From Alkalispirochaeta sp. (GTDB lineage Bacteria > Spirochaetota > Spirochaetia > DSM-27196 > Alkalispirochaetaceae), in the NCBI GenBank assembly GCA_965601925.1, contig OZ271854.1, positions 3,744,001 through 3,808,000 on the forward strand: a stretch of DNA of 64,000 nucleotides. The letters run 5' to 3'. This document shows, piece after piece, positions 48,001 through 57,445 of the stretch. How positions within the stretch are numbered: position 1 is the stretch's first letter; each line of letters starts with the position of its first letter. Position numbers and translations under genes: made by a program. Below the pieces are notes generated by a model. It searched no databases, was not told the origin of the DNA, and saw only the letters and a list, made by a program, of their open reading frames with translations.

Positions 48001-49081
48001 CGGCAACGCGGCGCGTAGCGAGGCGATCACGTTTACCGTCGATACACGGCCGGTCGGCGGGTTCATACGGTTGAGCGCCGCCGCGATTTCACCCAACGGC
48101 GACGGCATAGCCGACGCGGTAACGGCACATCTCGTCGTACCCGATACGATCGGTTTAGCCGAATGGCGTCTCGTGGTGGTGCCGATCGGCGGCGGGAGTG
48201 AATCGTTCGTTCTCGACGGTGCATCGGGTGATATACCGAGCGCCGTTACGTGGTCCGCGGATGAGGTGCCCGACGGGGAGTATGTGGTTCGCTTCACCGG
48301 TCGGTTCGATCACGGGCCGGTACTCGATATCGAGTCGCCTCCGATCGCGGTAGACGGCGCCGGACCGGTGGTTGAGGCGACGGTCACACCGCAGCCGTTC
48401 TCTCCCGACGGCGACGGACGCGACGACACACTGTTGATCGCCGTAGACGTGAGCGATCGGTCGCCGGTTCGCTATTGGCTCCTGGAAATCTTCGATCCGA
48501 CCGGCGCGTTCTTCTACGATATGGGCGGCCGCGGAGAGGTCCCCGAGCGTATTCGGTGGGACGGCAGGGCAAGAAACGGAGAGCGTGTCCTCTCGGCCGA
48601 GGAGTACGCGTGGCGTCTCGAGGTTGCCGACGACCTCGGCAATATCTCAGTCAGCGAAGGCTTCATCGAGATCGACGTGCTGGTCGAGCCGTTCGACGGC
48701 GGCTATCGCATACAGATTCCCAGCATCGTTTTTCAGCCGAACTCGGCACAGCTCATTCTCGCCGAGGACGACCAGCGCGGCATCAATAATCGTGCGGTTC
48801 TCGCCCGATTGGCGGAAATTCTGGGGCGTTTCCCCGACTACTCGATCGAAGTCGAAGGCCATGCGGTCAATATCACCGGTACCGAGCGCGAACAGGAGGA
48901 AACCCTTATCCCGCTCTCCCGCGCGCGCGCCGAGGCGGTTCGGGAGGCATTGATCGACGCCGGCATTTCCCCGCGATTGCTCTCCTCGCGCGGGCGCGGG
49001 GGCGCATCGCCGATCGTGCCTCACGATGATGAGGAGAACCGCTGGAAAAATAGACGCGTGGACTTTATTCTTCGTCGGTAG
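45029..49081 (+). CDS. Large exported protein with FlgD/CHU_C-like Ig repeats and C-terminal OmpA domain
   Basis: Signal peptide; five SP(N/D)GDG motifs; WDGRDD..G..V.DG.Y repeats; IEVEGHA...LSRARAEAV...NRRVDF. Confidence 0.88.
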   Translation: MNTSIVKHTSTVVRRIGLLMIAILVGAASLAADESDPAETYRPTLWRPRTLGASVGSFAGDDDPLSMLWLPHLTAGTRETRVAASGGIALGDGTTGGATAITVPGRRFAWTGGVGFLGDDDGTIVHGSVGGARPLGARLSAGASFGATVAAGDGAAEVGLGIDVGARYRLPPVGAISRVEVHAAMLDIGTAARREPFEPLIAPFTPYVGVRARIVENESLAIDVSAAVRSESFAQTWIETVGAIHIARRVSVTMGLNTPLETDAERVWPGISVGAAIPLGTGETRASAAAQPTTDGSALLAGEFAAVFPSTDRATPEARFAVVEPDSDRARIGVGASLRGDVTRVYLAPLSGLEQVVVEVSTEDDLWIGGIEAALFASDGTEIRTWSMQPLGDPTVLGDISERLTSDLNHRSFSAEVVWGVADAPSDGRYRLELSAFDAADNRRDMPDIEIVVDRTPPSLSMHLDLLAARDNESSNPLVSVIVTDDVTGEEVPIALDPDGELSVELHYDDAERIEVDVVDQAYRRLFSLPVVPETNGRHDTLVAVWSGQDEHGRRLVEGVYRIRAVARDRIGNTHTVTSPPIIVRPQPARFSLAVSDRIVSPNGDGLRDALTVLPELQPIAGLSEWKIELRRIDEETSVREWSGIDLPPERLSLDRRILPADGEYYLRGVARYRNGITAEDVTERFIVDSVPPSVDLALSSPIVYPDRLRELGIFLEGDDTIIEGRLVLLTDDGQAAVTISEFGALPEYVPWQLNAPDGSLYPPGEYGIYVEVADNAGNRARSVTRRFELTPRLEGADLVVQRPFFSPNGDGRFDDIVFATEISDRAGAGSFSIEIFRDGSGDARSVRRFSGSLPAPQRVTWDGRDDRGLPVEDGRYYGELTVASQGRGEVRARSQTLTADTTPPAAGLRLVGPDRVSPDGDGVQDELMLRIDRGDASRVNVEVTAASGGTPIALVENLAGDGISWPPLTVDGRPLSDGEYRAAIVAVDRAGNAARSEAITFTVDTRPVGGFIRLSAAAISPNGDGIADAVTAHLVVPDTIGLAEWRLVVVPIGGGSESFVLDGASGDIPSAVTWSADEVPDGEYVVRFTGRFDHGPVLDIESPPIAVDGAGPVVEATVTPQPFSPDGDGRDDTLLIAVDVSDRSPVRYWLLEIFDPTGAFFYDMGGRGEVPERIRWDGRARNGERVLSAEEYAWRLEVADDLGNISVSEGFIEIDVLVEPFDGGYRIQIPSIVFQPNSAQLILAEDDQRGINNRAVLARLAEILGRFPDYSIEVEGHAVNITGTEREQEETLIPLSRARAEAVREALIDAGISPRLLSSRGRGGASPIVPHDDEENRWKNRRVDFILRR

Positions 49082-49083
49082 CC

Positions 49084-50847
49084 ATGCGCTTTTCGCAAGA
49101 GACGCTGCAGAAAATCAGAGATCGCCTCGATATTGTCGAGGTTATCGGTGCGTACACGAAGCTTACTCCTCGGGGAGATCGCTGGTGGGGACTCAGCCCG
49201 TTCAAGTCGGAGAAGACGCCGTCCTTCACCGTCAAACCCGACCAAGGCTTCTACTACTGTTTCGCGACCAACAGGGGCGGCGACATCTTCAAGTTCATCG
49301 GCGAAATGGAGGGACTCTCGTTTCCCGAGGCGGTTGAATATCTCGCCGAGCGCGCCGGCGTCGAACTCCAGGGCGATAGCGGGCCGAGCAAGGAGGATCG
49401 TGACCGCAAAGCGTTGTATGAGCTCTACGAACGGGTAAGCGGCTCGTTTCACTATCTCCTCACCGAGGACACCCGTGGAAAGGTCGCACTCGATTACGCG
49501 CTGGAGCGCGGGCTCTCTCGTGAGTTGATCGACGAGTTCAATCTCGGGTACGCGCCGTCGCAGGGTAGGTGGCTTCACCGGTTTCTTCGGAGTAAGTCGT
49601 ATAGCGGCGATTTCCTCTCTTCGAGCGGACTCTTTTCCCGGCGTGCCGGGGAATACGCGCTCTTTCGCCACCGCCTCATGTTTCCGATTTGGGACGACCG
49701 AAAGCGAGTCGCGGCGTTCGGAGGACGGGCGCTGTCGTCGGAAGAGCGTGCAAAGTACATCAATAGTCCGGAAACGGCAATCTACAACAAGCGTCGAACG
49801 CTCTACGGCATTACACAAGCTGTGAGTAGCTTTCGTGAGACGCGGCGGGCCTATATCGCCGAGGGTTATCTCGATGTGATCGCGATGCACCAGGGCGGCT
49901 TTCCGAACACCGTCGCACCCTTGGGAACCGCCTTTACCGAGGAGCAAGCAAAGCTTCTTCGACGCTGGGTCGACGAGGTCGTACTCGTTTTCGACGCCGA
50001 CAATGCGGGAGTAAATGCGAGCTTCAAGGCCGCGATCGTAGCCGAGGGAGCGGGGCTGGGATGCCACGCTCTGGCACTTCCTCCCGGTTCCGATCCCGCG
50101 GATCTCCTCCGGACCGGCGGCGGCGCGCTGACGCGCGCGGTCGAAAACACCCGACCGGTGCTCGATTTTCTCCTGGACGCCGCCGCTCGAAGCGTCGATC
50201 GCGATGTCCCTCACAGCGGGGAGTTGCTGTTGCGCAAACTCTTTCCCTATATTAATATCATCAATTCCGAGGTACGGCGTGAGACTGCTCTTGAGCACAT
50301 GAGTGAGACGCTCCGAGTTTCGTCTCGAGCGGTCAGGTCGGACTTCGAACGTTGGCGGAGAGGAGAACAGCCACAGCGAGTTGAGCGGGACACAGGTTCA
50401 AAACCGGGACAATCTCTGAGTCGAGAAAGTATACTAATGCTCGCCGTCTCGCAAGACAGCGAGCTATTTGCGTATTTACGCAAGAAGCTGACATCGGACG
50501 AGTTGTCCGACCCCGGCGCGCGGCGGTTATTCCTCTTGATGGAGGACGCATTTCGTCACGAGGAGCCGCTCCCGCGAGGAATGGTCGATCGTCTCACAGA
50601 CGAGACGTTACGAAATCTGATTCTCGAAAAGTTAACATCCGGCGAGTACGTCGGCTGGTCGAACGACGATATCGATAACGCATTGGCGCTTATCCACATA
50701 CGTTCATTGGAGGGAGAACAACGCCGTTTGGAATCCGAATTGAAGCATATCGGCGACGATGACCCGCGGGGTCTTCGGACCCTCCTCGAAGAAAAGATGT
50801 CGGTCGACCAAGAACTTGCAAAATTGAAGGTGAGGGCAGATGACTGA
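49084..50847 (+). CDS. dnaG: DNA primase
   Basis: [46 protein letters not shown] motif. Confidence 0.97.
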   Translation: MRFSQETLQKIRDRLDIVEVIGAYTKLTPRGDRWWGLSPFKSEKTPSFTVKPDQGFYYCFATNRGGDIFKFIGEMEGLSFPEAVEYLAERAGVELQGDSGPSKEDRDRKALYELYERVSGSFHYLLTEDTRGKVALDYALERGLSRELIDEFNLGYAPSQGRWLHRFLRSKSYSGDFLSSSGLFSRRAGEYALFRHRLMFPIWDDRKRVAAFGGRALSSEERAKYINSPETAIYNKRRTLYGITQAVSSFRETRRAYIAEGYLDVIAMHQGGFPNTVAPLGTAFTEEQAKLLRRWVDEVVLVFDADNAGVNASFKAAIVAEGAGLGCHALALPPGSDPADLLRTGGGALTRAVENTRPVLDFLLDAAARSVDRDVPHSGELLLRKLFPYINIINSEVRRETALEHMSETLRVSSRAVRSDFERWRRGEQPQRVERDTGSKPGQSLSRESILMLAVSQDSELFAYLRKKLTSDELSDPGARRLFLLMEDAFRHEEPLPRGMVDRLTDETLRNLILEKLTSGEYVGWSNDDIDNALALIHIRSLEGEQRRLESELKHIGDDDPRGLRTLLEEKMSVDQELAKLKVRADD

Positions 50848-52657
50848 ATTGCAGAACGACCCTGCAATCGCACGTTTAATAGACTACGCCAAGTCAAAAA
50901 CGACGATAAGCTACGACGAAGTGCACGACTTCCTCCCCGATGCAATCGTCAACTCCGATAAAATCGAGGAGGTGTTGAGCCTCTTGGCGCGACATAACGT
51001 CATCCTCGAGGAGTCGAGCGAAGAATCTCAGGAAGAGCGTGACGAGGACGACGACGGCGAGCTGGAAGAGCGCGACGAGTCCGACTCCTCCGGTGAGGGG
51101 GCGGACTCCGAAACCCCAACCCATACGGCGGCGGCGGCCACAGTCGATCGCACGAAACGAGTTATCGTGGGCGACAAAGATGCCGCAGTCGACGATCCGA
51201 TCCGTCTGTATCTCAGAGAGATCGGTAAGGAGAATCTGCTTACCGCCGAACAGGAGGTAGAACTCTCCAAGAAGATGGAAGAGGGCGAGCAGATCATAAA
51301 GGACGTGATTCGCGGCAGCGGGATGGTTATCCCCGAGTTCTTCGACCTCGCGGAGCGGACCTTTCGGAAGGAGGACCCGCGCGAGCTCGGACTTTCGAAG
51401 AAAGAAATCTCGGAGTATCTCGCCGAGCGCCGCCGGTTGAACCAATTTTATCGCGAGTCGCTCCGGGAACTCTTACCGGAGCTGCGCGCGTACATGGATC
51501 TCAAGCAGCGTACCTTTGAAAAAGGGATCGACATTCTTACCGACAAACCCCTCGCGCAGAAGAGCGAAGGGCTTTTGGAGAAGTTGAACGAGATAGAGAT
51601 CCATCAGGACGAGATATTGCGGTTCAGCGACCATTTTTCCCGCGCCGCGCGCCAAATTCACCGGTATCGTGACGATCAGAGCCGCGTCGAGAAGCGCCTG
51701 CGCGTCTCCAACCTGCGCGAGCTGCGAAATCTCGGCCGCGGTTTGGCGGTAGGGTCGCGTCGGGAGGAAATCGAAGACGCGCTGGGACTCTCGGCCGACC
51801 AGATCAAGGAGAAGATCCGTCACATTCAAATGACGGAGAAGAAGCTGCGCGAGCTCGAGTTCCGTTTCGAGAACTCGATCGACGATATTCTGCGCATGTC
51901 CGACGAGATTGAGCGCGGTCGGGTAATGATGCAGACTGCAAAGGACAAATTGATCCAAGCCAACCTGCGGTTGGTCGTGAGTATCGCGAAGAAGTATACC
52001 AATCGCGGACTCCACTTTTTCGATCTCGTGCAGGAGGGAAACATCGGCCTCATCAAAGCGGTCGAGAAGTTCGAGTATCGGAAGGGGTACAAGTTCTCAA
52101 CCTACGCGACGTGGTGGATCCGTCAGGCGATCACACGCTCCATTTCCGACCAAGCGCGCACCATTCGCGTACCGGTACACATGATCGAGCAGATCAACAA
52201 GGTGGTGCGCGAGTCGCGGCAACTGATGCAGGTACTCGGGCGCGAACCGACCGACGAGGAGGTCGCCGATCGCCTGGGATGGAACGTCGCCCGCGTAAAA
52301 TCGGTGAAAAATGTGGCCAGAGAACCGATATCTCTCGAGACACCGATCGGCGAGGAGGAGGATTCGCTCCTCGGCGACTTCATCGAGGACAAGGAAGTTG
52401 AGAATCCGGCTCATCAGACGGCATTTACCCTTCTTCAGGAGCAACTGCGCAGCGTCCTTGATACGCTGCCCCCCCGCGAGCAAGAGGTGCTGAAGATGCG
52501 TTTCGGCCTCGAGGACGGGTACTCCTTGACATTGGAGGAGGTGGGACTGTACTTCAACGTTACGCGTGAGCGGATTCGCCAGATCGAAGCCAAAGCGTTG
52601 CGACGACTGCGCCACCCCAAACGAAGTCGACGGCTCAAAGACTATCTTGATAATTGA
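50840..52657 (+). CDS. rpoD: RNA polymerase sigma factor RpoD
   Basis: [50 protein letters not shown]. Confidence 0.98.
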   Translation: MTELQNDPAIARLIDYAKSKTTISYDEVHDFLPDAIVNSDKIEEVLSLLARHNVILEESSEESQEERDEDDDGELEERDESDSSGEGADSETPTHTAAAATVDRTKRVIVGDKDAAVDDPIRLYLREIGKENLLTAEQEVELSKKMEEGEQIIKDVIRGSGMVIPEFFDLAERTFRKEDPRELGLSKKEISEYLAERRRLNQFYRESLRELLPELRAYMDLKQRTFEKGIDILTDKPLAQKSEGLLEKLNEIEIHQDEILRFSDHFSRAARQIHRYRDDQSRVEKRLRVSNLRELRNLGRGLAVGSRREEIEDALGLSADQIKEKIRHIQMTEKKLRELEFRFENSIDDILRMSDEIERGRVMMQTAKDKLIQANLRLVVSIAKKYTNRGLHFFDLVQEGNIGLIKAVEKFEYRKGYKFSTYATWWIRQAITRSISDQARTIRVPVHMIEQINKVVRESRQLMQVLGREPTDEEVADRLGWNVARVKSVKNVAREPISLETPIGEEEDSLLGDFIEDKEVENPAHQTAFTLLQEQLRSVLDTLPPREQEVLKMRFGLEDGYSLTLEEVGLYFNVTRERIRQIEAKALRRLRHPKRSRRLKDYLDN

Positions 52658-52674
52658 GAGGTGTAGATAGCGAT

Positions 52675-53658
52675 ATGATCCAGGATACGATCGAAAAGCT
52701 AAAGGTGCTCCAGGATATTCTCTCGCAGAAGTTCAGTATCGAGCGCGAGATTGACGAGCTGCCGCGTACGCTGGCGACCAAGAAAGAACTGGTTAGCCGC
52801 CTCAAGAAGTCGTTTCTCGAGAAGAATGAGAAGTTTGAAGAGACGCGAAAAAAGGTCGCGGAGCTTCGTATTCGTCTCCAGGAGTCGGAGTCGGATCGCG
52901 AGAAGTACGAAGGGCAGATGGACCAGATTACCACCGCTCGGGAGTACGACGCGCTGGAAAAGGAGATCCGCGACGCCTCCGAGCGCGAGCAGCAGTTCCG
53001 ACGCGACCTCCAACGGGAGGAGAAGGACCTTGAAGAGCAGCGCCAACGTCTGGAGCGCGAAGAGGGGATGATCAAGACCGAGGAAGAAGAGCTCGAACAG
53101 GAACGCGCGAAGATCGACAGTGAAACGAGTCAGCGTAAAAGCACCCTCGTCGACTTGAAGAAGCAGGAGAACGAGACCACACCGAATCTCGACGAGGAGC
53201 TTCTGTTCAAGTTCGAGCGAATCATCAAGAGTAAGCAGGGCGAGGGTATCGTCCCGGTGCGAAACGGCGTGTGTACGGGATGCCAGATGATTCTTCCCAG
53301 CCAGTTCGTCAACGACGTACGAGCCGGTGAGGATATTCTCTTTTGCCCGTACTGCTCGAAGGTCGTCTTCTATACCGACGATGCGAGCGATGCCAACGAG
53401 ATGGGATTCTCCGAGTCCGACGAGGAGGGATTGGCCGATCTCGTGGACGACGACTTCGACGAGGATCTGTTCGACGAGGAGGAGCTCATCGGCTTTTCCG
53501 ACGAGGACGAACTGACCCCGGAGGAAACGGCGGAGCTCGAGGATGACGAAGCGGATGCGTCGGACGATGAAGACGAAGAAGAAGAGGATATGCTGGACGA
53601 CGAGGACGACGACATCGGAGACGGCGAGTTCGATGATGAAGAAGAACTCGATGACTGA
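52675..53658 (+). CDS. Coiled-coil C4 Zn-ribbon protein with very acidic tail
   Basis: Long coiled coil, CTGCQM...FCPYC, about 90-aa Asp/Glu-rich C-terminus. Confidence 0.9.
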   Translation: MIQDTIEKLKVLQDILSQKFSIEREIDELPRTLATKKELVSRLKKSFLEKNEKFEETRKKVAELRIRLQESESDREKYEGQMDQITTAREYDALEKEIRDASEREQQFRRDLQREEKDLEEQRQRLEREEGMIKTEEEELEQERAKIDSETSQRKSTLVDLKKQENETTPNLDEELLFKFERIIKSKQGEGIVPVRNGVCTGCQMILPSQFVNDVRAGEDILFCPYCSKVVFYTDDASDANEMGFSESDEEGLADLVDDDFDEDLFDEEELIGFSDEDELTPEETAELEDDEADASDDEDEEEEDMLDDEDDDIGDGEFDDEEELDD

Positions 53659-53677
53659 CGTCGTCGTACGGTGAGTG

Positions 53678-54048
53678 TGGAGGGGCCAGGTTATCGCCGC
53701 CGACTTCGTTCGGCGGAGGAAAGTCCGGACTCCGGAGAGCGCGGTACCGGGTAACGCCCGGCTGCGGCCGCTACGGTAGCCGCACGAGAAAGTGCCACAG
53801 AAACGACACCGCCCTCCGGCGTTCGACGTTGTCAAGCGTCGGGGGGTAAGGGTGAAATGGTGGGGTAAGAGCCCACCGGGTTCCCGGTAACGGGAATCGC
53901 CGAGGTAAACCTTGCCGGGAGCAAGACCAAGCAGCAGAGGGATGGCTCGTCCCGGTCTCTGCGGGTAGGTCGCTACAGCCGGCTGGAGACAGACGGTAGA
54001 GATAGATGATAGCCCAAGACAGAATCCGGCTTACCGGCTCCTCTTCAC
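53678..54048 (+). ncRNA. rnpB: RNase P RNA (type A)
   Basis: GAGGAAAGTCC (53716), AGTGCCACAGAAA, GGGTGAAA..GTGGGGTAAGAGCCCAC, GAGCAAGACCAA, ACAGAATCCGGCTTA (54019), P1 complementarity. Confidence 0.95.
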
Positions 54049-54067
54049 GCACCGCACCGTTGAATGT

Positions 54068-55021
54068 ATGAGACTACCGGAATCGCGTTTTCGAGTACAC
54101 AAAAGCACCGGTAGAACCGGCTCGCGGCTATTCACCGTCGTACTGTTAGCGATCGTTGCCGGAATCATCGGCGCGGGCGTGGTATTAGTGCTGCGCTCGC
54201 GCGTACCGATTCTTCCGATTGCGGCGACCGCGAGGCCCCAAGACGCGATCGAGTTGTGGGGGACAGGCGACTACGAGGAGGTGGTGCGTGTCACTACCGA
54301 GCAACTTCTCGAGTTTCCTTTGGACGCCGCCGCGCTTGCGCTCCGCGGATTCTCATATTTTTACTTAGCGGTGCAGATGGTCAATCTCGACGAGCGCAAC
54401 GATCTACTCTTAGGAGCGATTCAGGACCTGCGAAAGGCGCTTTTGCTCGAGAACAACGAATTGGAAACCGAAATTCGATATGTGCTCGGTAAGGCGTACT
54501 TCCATCGCGGACCCTTTTTCTACGATTCGGCCATTGAGGAGCTCCAACGGGCGCGCGAGCTCGGTTTGGAACAACTCGATCTGTTCGAGTATCTCGCCTT
54601 GACACACCGCGACCTTGGACGTTTCGAGGAGTCGATCGAGTACTTTCAGATGGCGATCGCTCTCGCCGACGAGGCGATCCATAAGGTGAGTCTCGCCGAT
54701 ATTTTCATCGACCTTTCACGCTACGACAACGCCGACCGACTGCTCGCGGAGGTTGTCGAAGAGGCCTCCGACGTGACGCTTCTCCAAGACGCATTGTTGT
54801 CCCAGGGGTTGTCGTACCGCCGCCAGGGACGGCACCCCGACGCGCTATTCGCGTACGAGCGCATTTTAGAGTTAAACGAGTCGTCGGCGGAAGCGCACTT
54901 CGGTATGGGAGAGGTCTATCTCGCACAGAACGAGACCGATCGAGCCCGTTTCGAGTGGCGAGAAGCGATTCGCCTCGACCCCAACCATATTGAATCTTTG
55001 CAGCGTTTACAGGATTATTAG
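54068..55021 (+). CDS. Membrane-anchored TPR protein
   Basis: N-terminal TM helix, multiple TPRs (AEAHFGMGEVY...AIRLDPNH). Confidence 0.88.
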   Translation: MRLPESRFRVHKSTGRTGSRLFTVVLLAIVAGIIGAGVVLVLRSRVPILPIAATARPQDAIELWGTGDYEEVVRVTTEQLLEFPLDAAALALRGFSYFYLAVQMVNLDERNDLLLGAIQDLRKALLLENNELETEIRYVLGKAYFHRGPFFYDSAIEELQRARELGLEQLDLFEYLALTHRDLGRFEESIEYFQMAIALADEAIHKVSLADIFIDLSRYDNADRLLAEVVEEASDVTLLQDALLSQGLSYRRQGRHPDALFAYERILELNESSAEAHFGMGEVYLAQNETDRARFEWREAIRLDPNHIESLQRLQDY

Positions 55022-55048
55022 CCACATCCCGGGAGGAACACACATATA

Positions 55049-56086
55049 ATGGCCGGCAAGTCTTTTTTGAGCGCCTTTTCTTCAGATATCGGTATTGATC
55101 TGGGCACCTGCAATACACTGGTGTTTATTCGAGGTAAGGGAATCGTAGCGAGCGAACCCTCCGTCGTAGCGGTGGAGCGAGGTACCAAGAAGGTCGTCGC
55201 CGTAGGCGAAGAGGCGAAGCGAATGCTCTGGAAAACCCCGGGCGACATCATCGCCATTCGTCCCCTACGGGACGGCGTCATCGCGGACTTGGAAACGACG
55301 GAGAAGATGATTCGGTACTTCATATCGAAGGTGCTTCAGCGGCGCTGGTTCGTGAAACCGCGCATGGTAATCGGAGTACCATCTTGCATTACCGACGTTG
55401 AGGAACGCGCCGTTATCGAGAGCGCCGAGAAAGCCGGTGCACGCGAGGTGCGCGTTATCGCCGAGTCGCTCGCTGCGGCAATCGGCGCCAGTATTCCCAT
55501 CTTTGAGCCTGCGGGACATATGATTTGTGATATCGGCGGCGGTACCAGCGAGATATCGGTCATCTCCTTGGGTGGCATGGTGGTGACGAACGCGATCCGC
55601 CTGGGCGGCGATGAGTTCGACGAGGCGATTATCAAGCACGTTCGCACCGTCCACAATTTGATCATCGGCGAAGGCACCGCCGAGGAGTTGAAAAAACGTA
55701 TCGGGAACGCTACCGCGGACAAAAAGATCGAGAAGATGGAGATCAAAGGTACCGATGCCATCACCGGCCTCCCGCGTCGGCTCGAGATCGATAGCGTCGA
55801 GGTTCGGGATGCGCTCCAGGAGCCGATCACGGCAATCATTGAAGAGATCAAACGGACGCTCGGCCAGACGCCTCCCGAATTGGCCGCCGACATCGTGGAG
55901 CGCGGTATTGTGCTTACCGGCGGCGGCTCACTCCTGAAAGGGTTGGATACGCTTATCGCAAACGAGACCGGCGTACCCGTTTTTCTCGCCGAGGATCCGA
56001 TGAACTGTGTAGCTCTCGGTGCGGGCATGTACTTTGAGTACGAAAAAGGTCGGCGGCACGAGAACAACGTATATCGTAATCTGTAG
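55049..56086 (+). CDS. mreB: Rod shape-determining actin homologue MreB
   Basis: [37 protein letters not shown]. Confidence 0.97.
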   Translation: MAGKSFLSAFSSDIGIDLGTCNTLVFIRGKGIVASEPSVVAVERGTKKVVAVGEEAKRMLWKTPGDIIAIRPLRDGVIADLETTEKMIRYFISKVLQRRWFVKPRMVIGVPSCITDVEERAVIESAEKAGAREVRVIAESLAAAIGASIPIFEPAGHMICDIGGGTSEISVISLGGMVVTNAIRLGGDEFDEAIIKHVRTVHNLIIGEGTAEELKKRIGNATADKKIEKMEIKGTDAITGLPRRLEIDSVEVRDALQEPITAIIEEIKRTLGQTPPELAADIVERGIVLTGGGSLLKGLDTLIANETGVPVFLAEDPMNCVALGAGMYFEYEKGRRHENNVYRNL

Positions 56087-56088
56087 GT

Positions 56089-56928
56089 ATGGCTCCTTCG
56101 CGCCGAACGATTGTCACAACCGTAGTCTTAGTGATAATCGGCCTTATCGGTACGGCCGTCGGTTCCGGCGGCACCACGGTGTATCCGGAGCGTCTTGGAC
56201 GACGACTCCTTGCCGGAGTGCAGCAGCTCTTCGGCGGTATCGGTCGCGGGGTCGGTAACACGATCCGCTCCGTCGCCGAGTTGCGACAGTTGCGCAGCGA
56301 CTACGAAGGTCTTCTCACCGAAGTCGAGTTGTATCAACGCCTCGAGGGTACCGTGCAGGATCTGGAGCGCGAAAACCAGCGTCTCAGAGAGCAACTGGGA
56401 TTTGCGGCGCGTACGGAGCAGCGGAGCCTTGCGGCGCGTGTCATTGCCAAAGAGGGCGCCGGCGCACTCTTTTCTTCCTTTACGATCAATCGAGGAAGCC
56501 GACACGGGGTAGAACGAAATCAGGCCGTCGTCGCCTTCATCGCCGGGCGCGAAGGCCTCGTCGGTCGAGTAGCCGAGGTTTCCGGCGGCACGGCGCTCGT
56601 GATGCCGATTTTTTCCGCCGGTTCCTACGTTGCGTCTCGCCTCGATCGATCACGGTACGAGGGGCTGGTGCAAGGTACCGGCGACGGAAGCGACGCGTTA
56701 CTGCTTCGCTACATTCCCCGAGAGGCTCGCAACGAGATCAGCTATAATGATTTAGTGATTACCTCCGGATTGCAATCCATGTTTCCCCCCGGACTTCCGA
56801 TCGGGCTCGTGCGGGGGGTTGAGTCTCCATCGTTCGAGACGGCGCTGTTGGTGAATGTAGAGCCGATCGTCGATTTTTCACGGCTGGAGTACGTGTTCGT
56901 CTTATTGCAGGCCGGCACGTCTCGATGA
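56089..56928 (+). CDS. mreC: Rod shape-determining protein MreC
   Basis: TM plus coiled coil ENQRLREQL, GLVGRV, ITSGL..FPPGLPIG; synteny. Confidence 0.93.
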   Translation: MAPSRRTIVTTVVLVIIGLIGTAVGSGGTTVYPERLGRRLLAGVQQLFGGIGRGVGNTIRSVAELRQLRSDYEGLLTEVELYQRLEGTVQDLERENQRLREQLGFAARTEQRSLAARVIAKEGAGALFSSFTINRGSRHGVERNQAVVAFIAGREGLVGRVAEVSGGTALVMPIFSAGSYVASRLDRSRYEGLVQGTGDGSDALLLRYIPREARNEISYNDLVITSGLQSMFPPGLPIGLVRGVESPSFETALLVNVEPIVDFSRLEYVFVLLQAGTSR

Positions 56929-56944
56929 CCTATGGAGTGATCTG

Positions 56945-57445
56945 GTGACGACGGCGTTTTTTTTCGTTACGTCAGCCCTACTGGCGATCCTGCAAACGAC
57001 GTGGCTCGCGAATTTTACCGTAGCCGGCGCTCGCCCGGATCTGGTATTGATTGTACTTACACTTTCGGCGCACACTCAGGGAGTGCAAAGGGGTCAAGTT
57101 TCCGGTTTTCTCGTCGGTCTCGTGGAGGATGTGATGAGTTTGTCTCCCATGGGATTCCACGCCGTGATACGCTTGTCTCACAGTGCGGTCGTCGGTCTGA
57201 CGCGGGGAGCGGTCCAGACACACCCGTTACTTACACCCGTTTTGTTGGTCTCCCTCGCCTGGGTAGTCAAGCACCTTACCGCGCTTCTCGTGTCGCAGAT
57301 TACCGGAGTTGAAGGCATAGCTCCGCGGCTTTTCACCGCTGCTACGGGTGTCGAATTCTTACTGACCGTCGTCGCGGCTCCTATCGTGTTCATCATCACC
57401 GACCGGCTTCGACGACGTTTCGATCATGGTAGGAGAGTATCGTGA
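56945..57445 (+). CDS. mreD: Rod shape-determining protein MreD
   Basis: RPDLVLI, GFLVGLVED, hydrophobic; synteny. Confidence 0.9.
   Translation: MTTAFFFVTSALLAILQTTWLANFTVAGARPDLVLIVLTLSAHTQGVQRGQVSGFLVGLVEDVMSLSPMGFHAVIRLSHSAVVGLTRGAVQTHPLLTPVLLVSLAWVVKHLTALLVSQITGVEGIAPRLFTAATGVEFLLTVVAAPIVFIITDRLRRRFDHGRRVS

Noticed and set aside
49021..50298. 425-aa minus-strand ORF
   Set aside because: Antisense shadow of dnaG.
52699..53835. 378-aa minus-strand ORF
   Set aside because: Antisense to the Zn-ribbon gene and rnpB; produced by codon bias.
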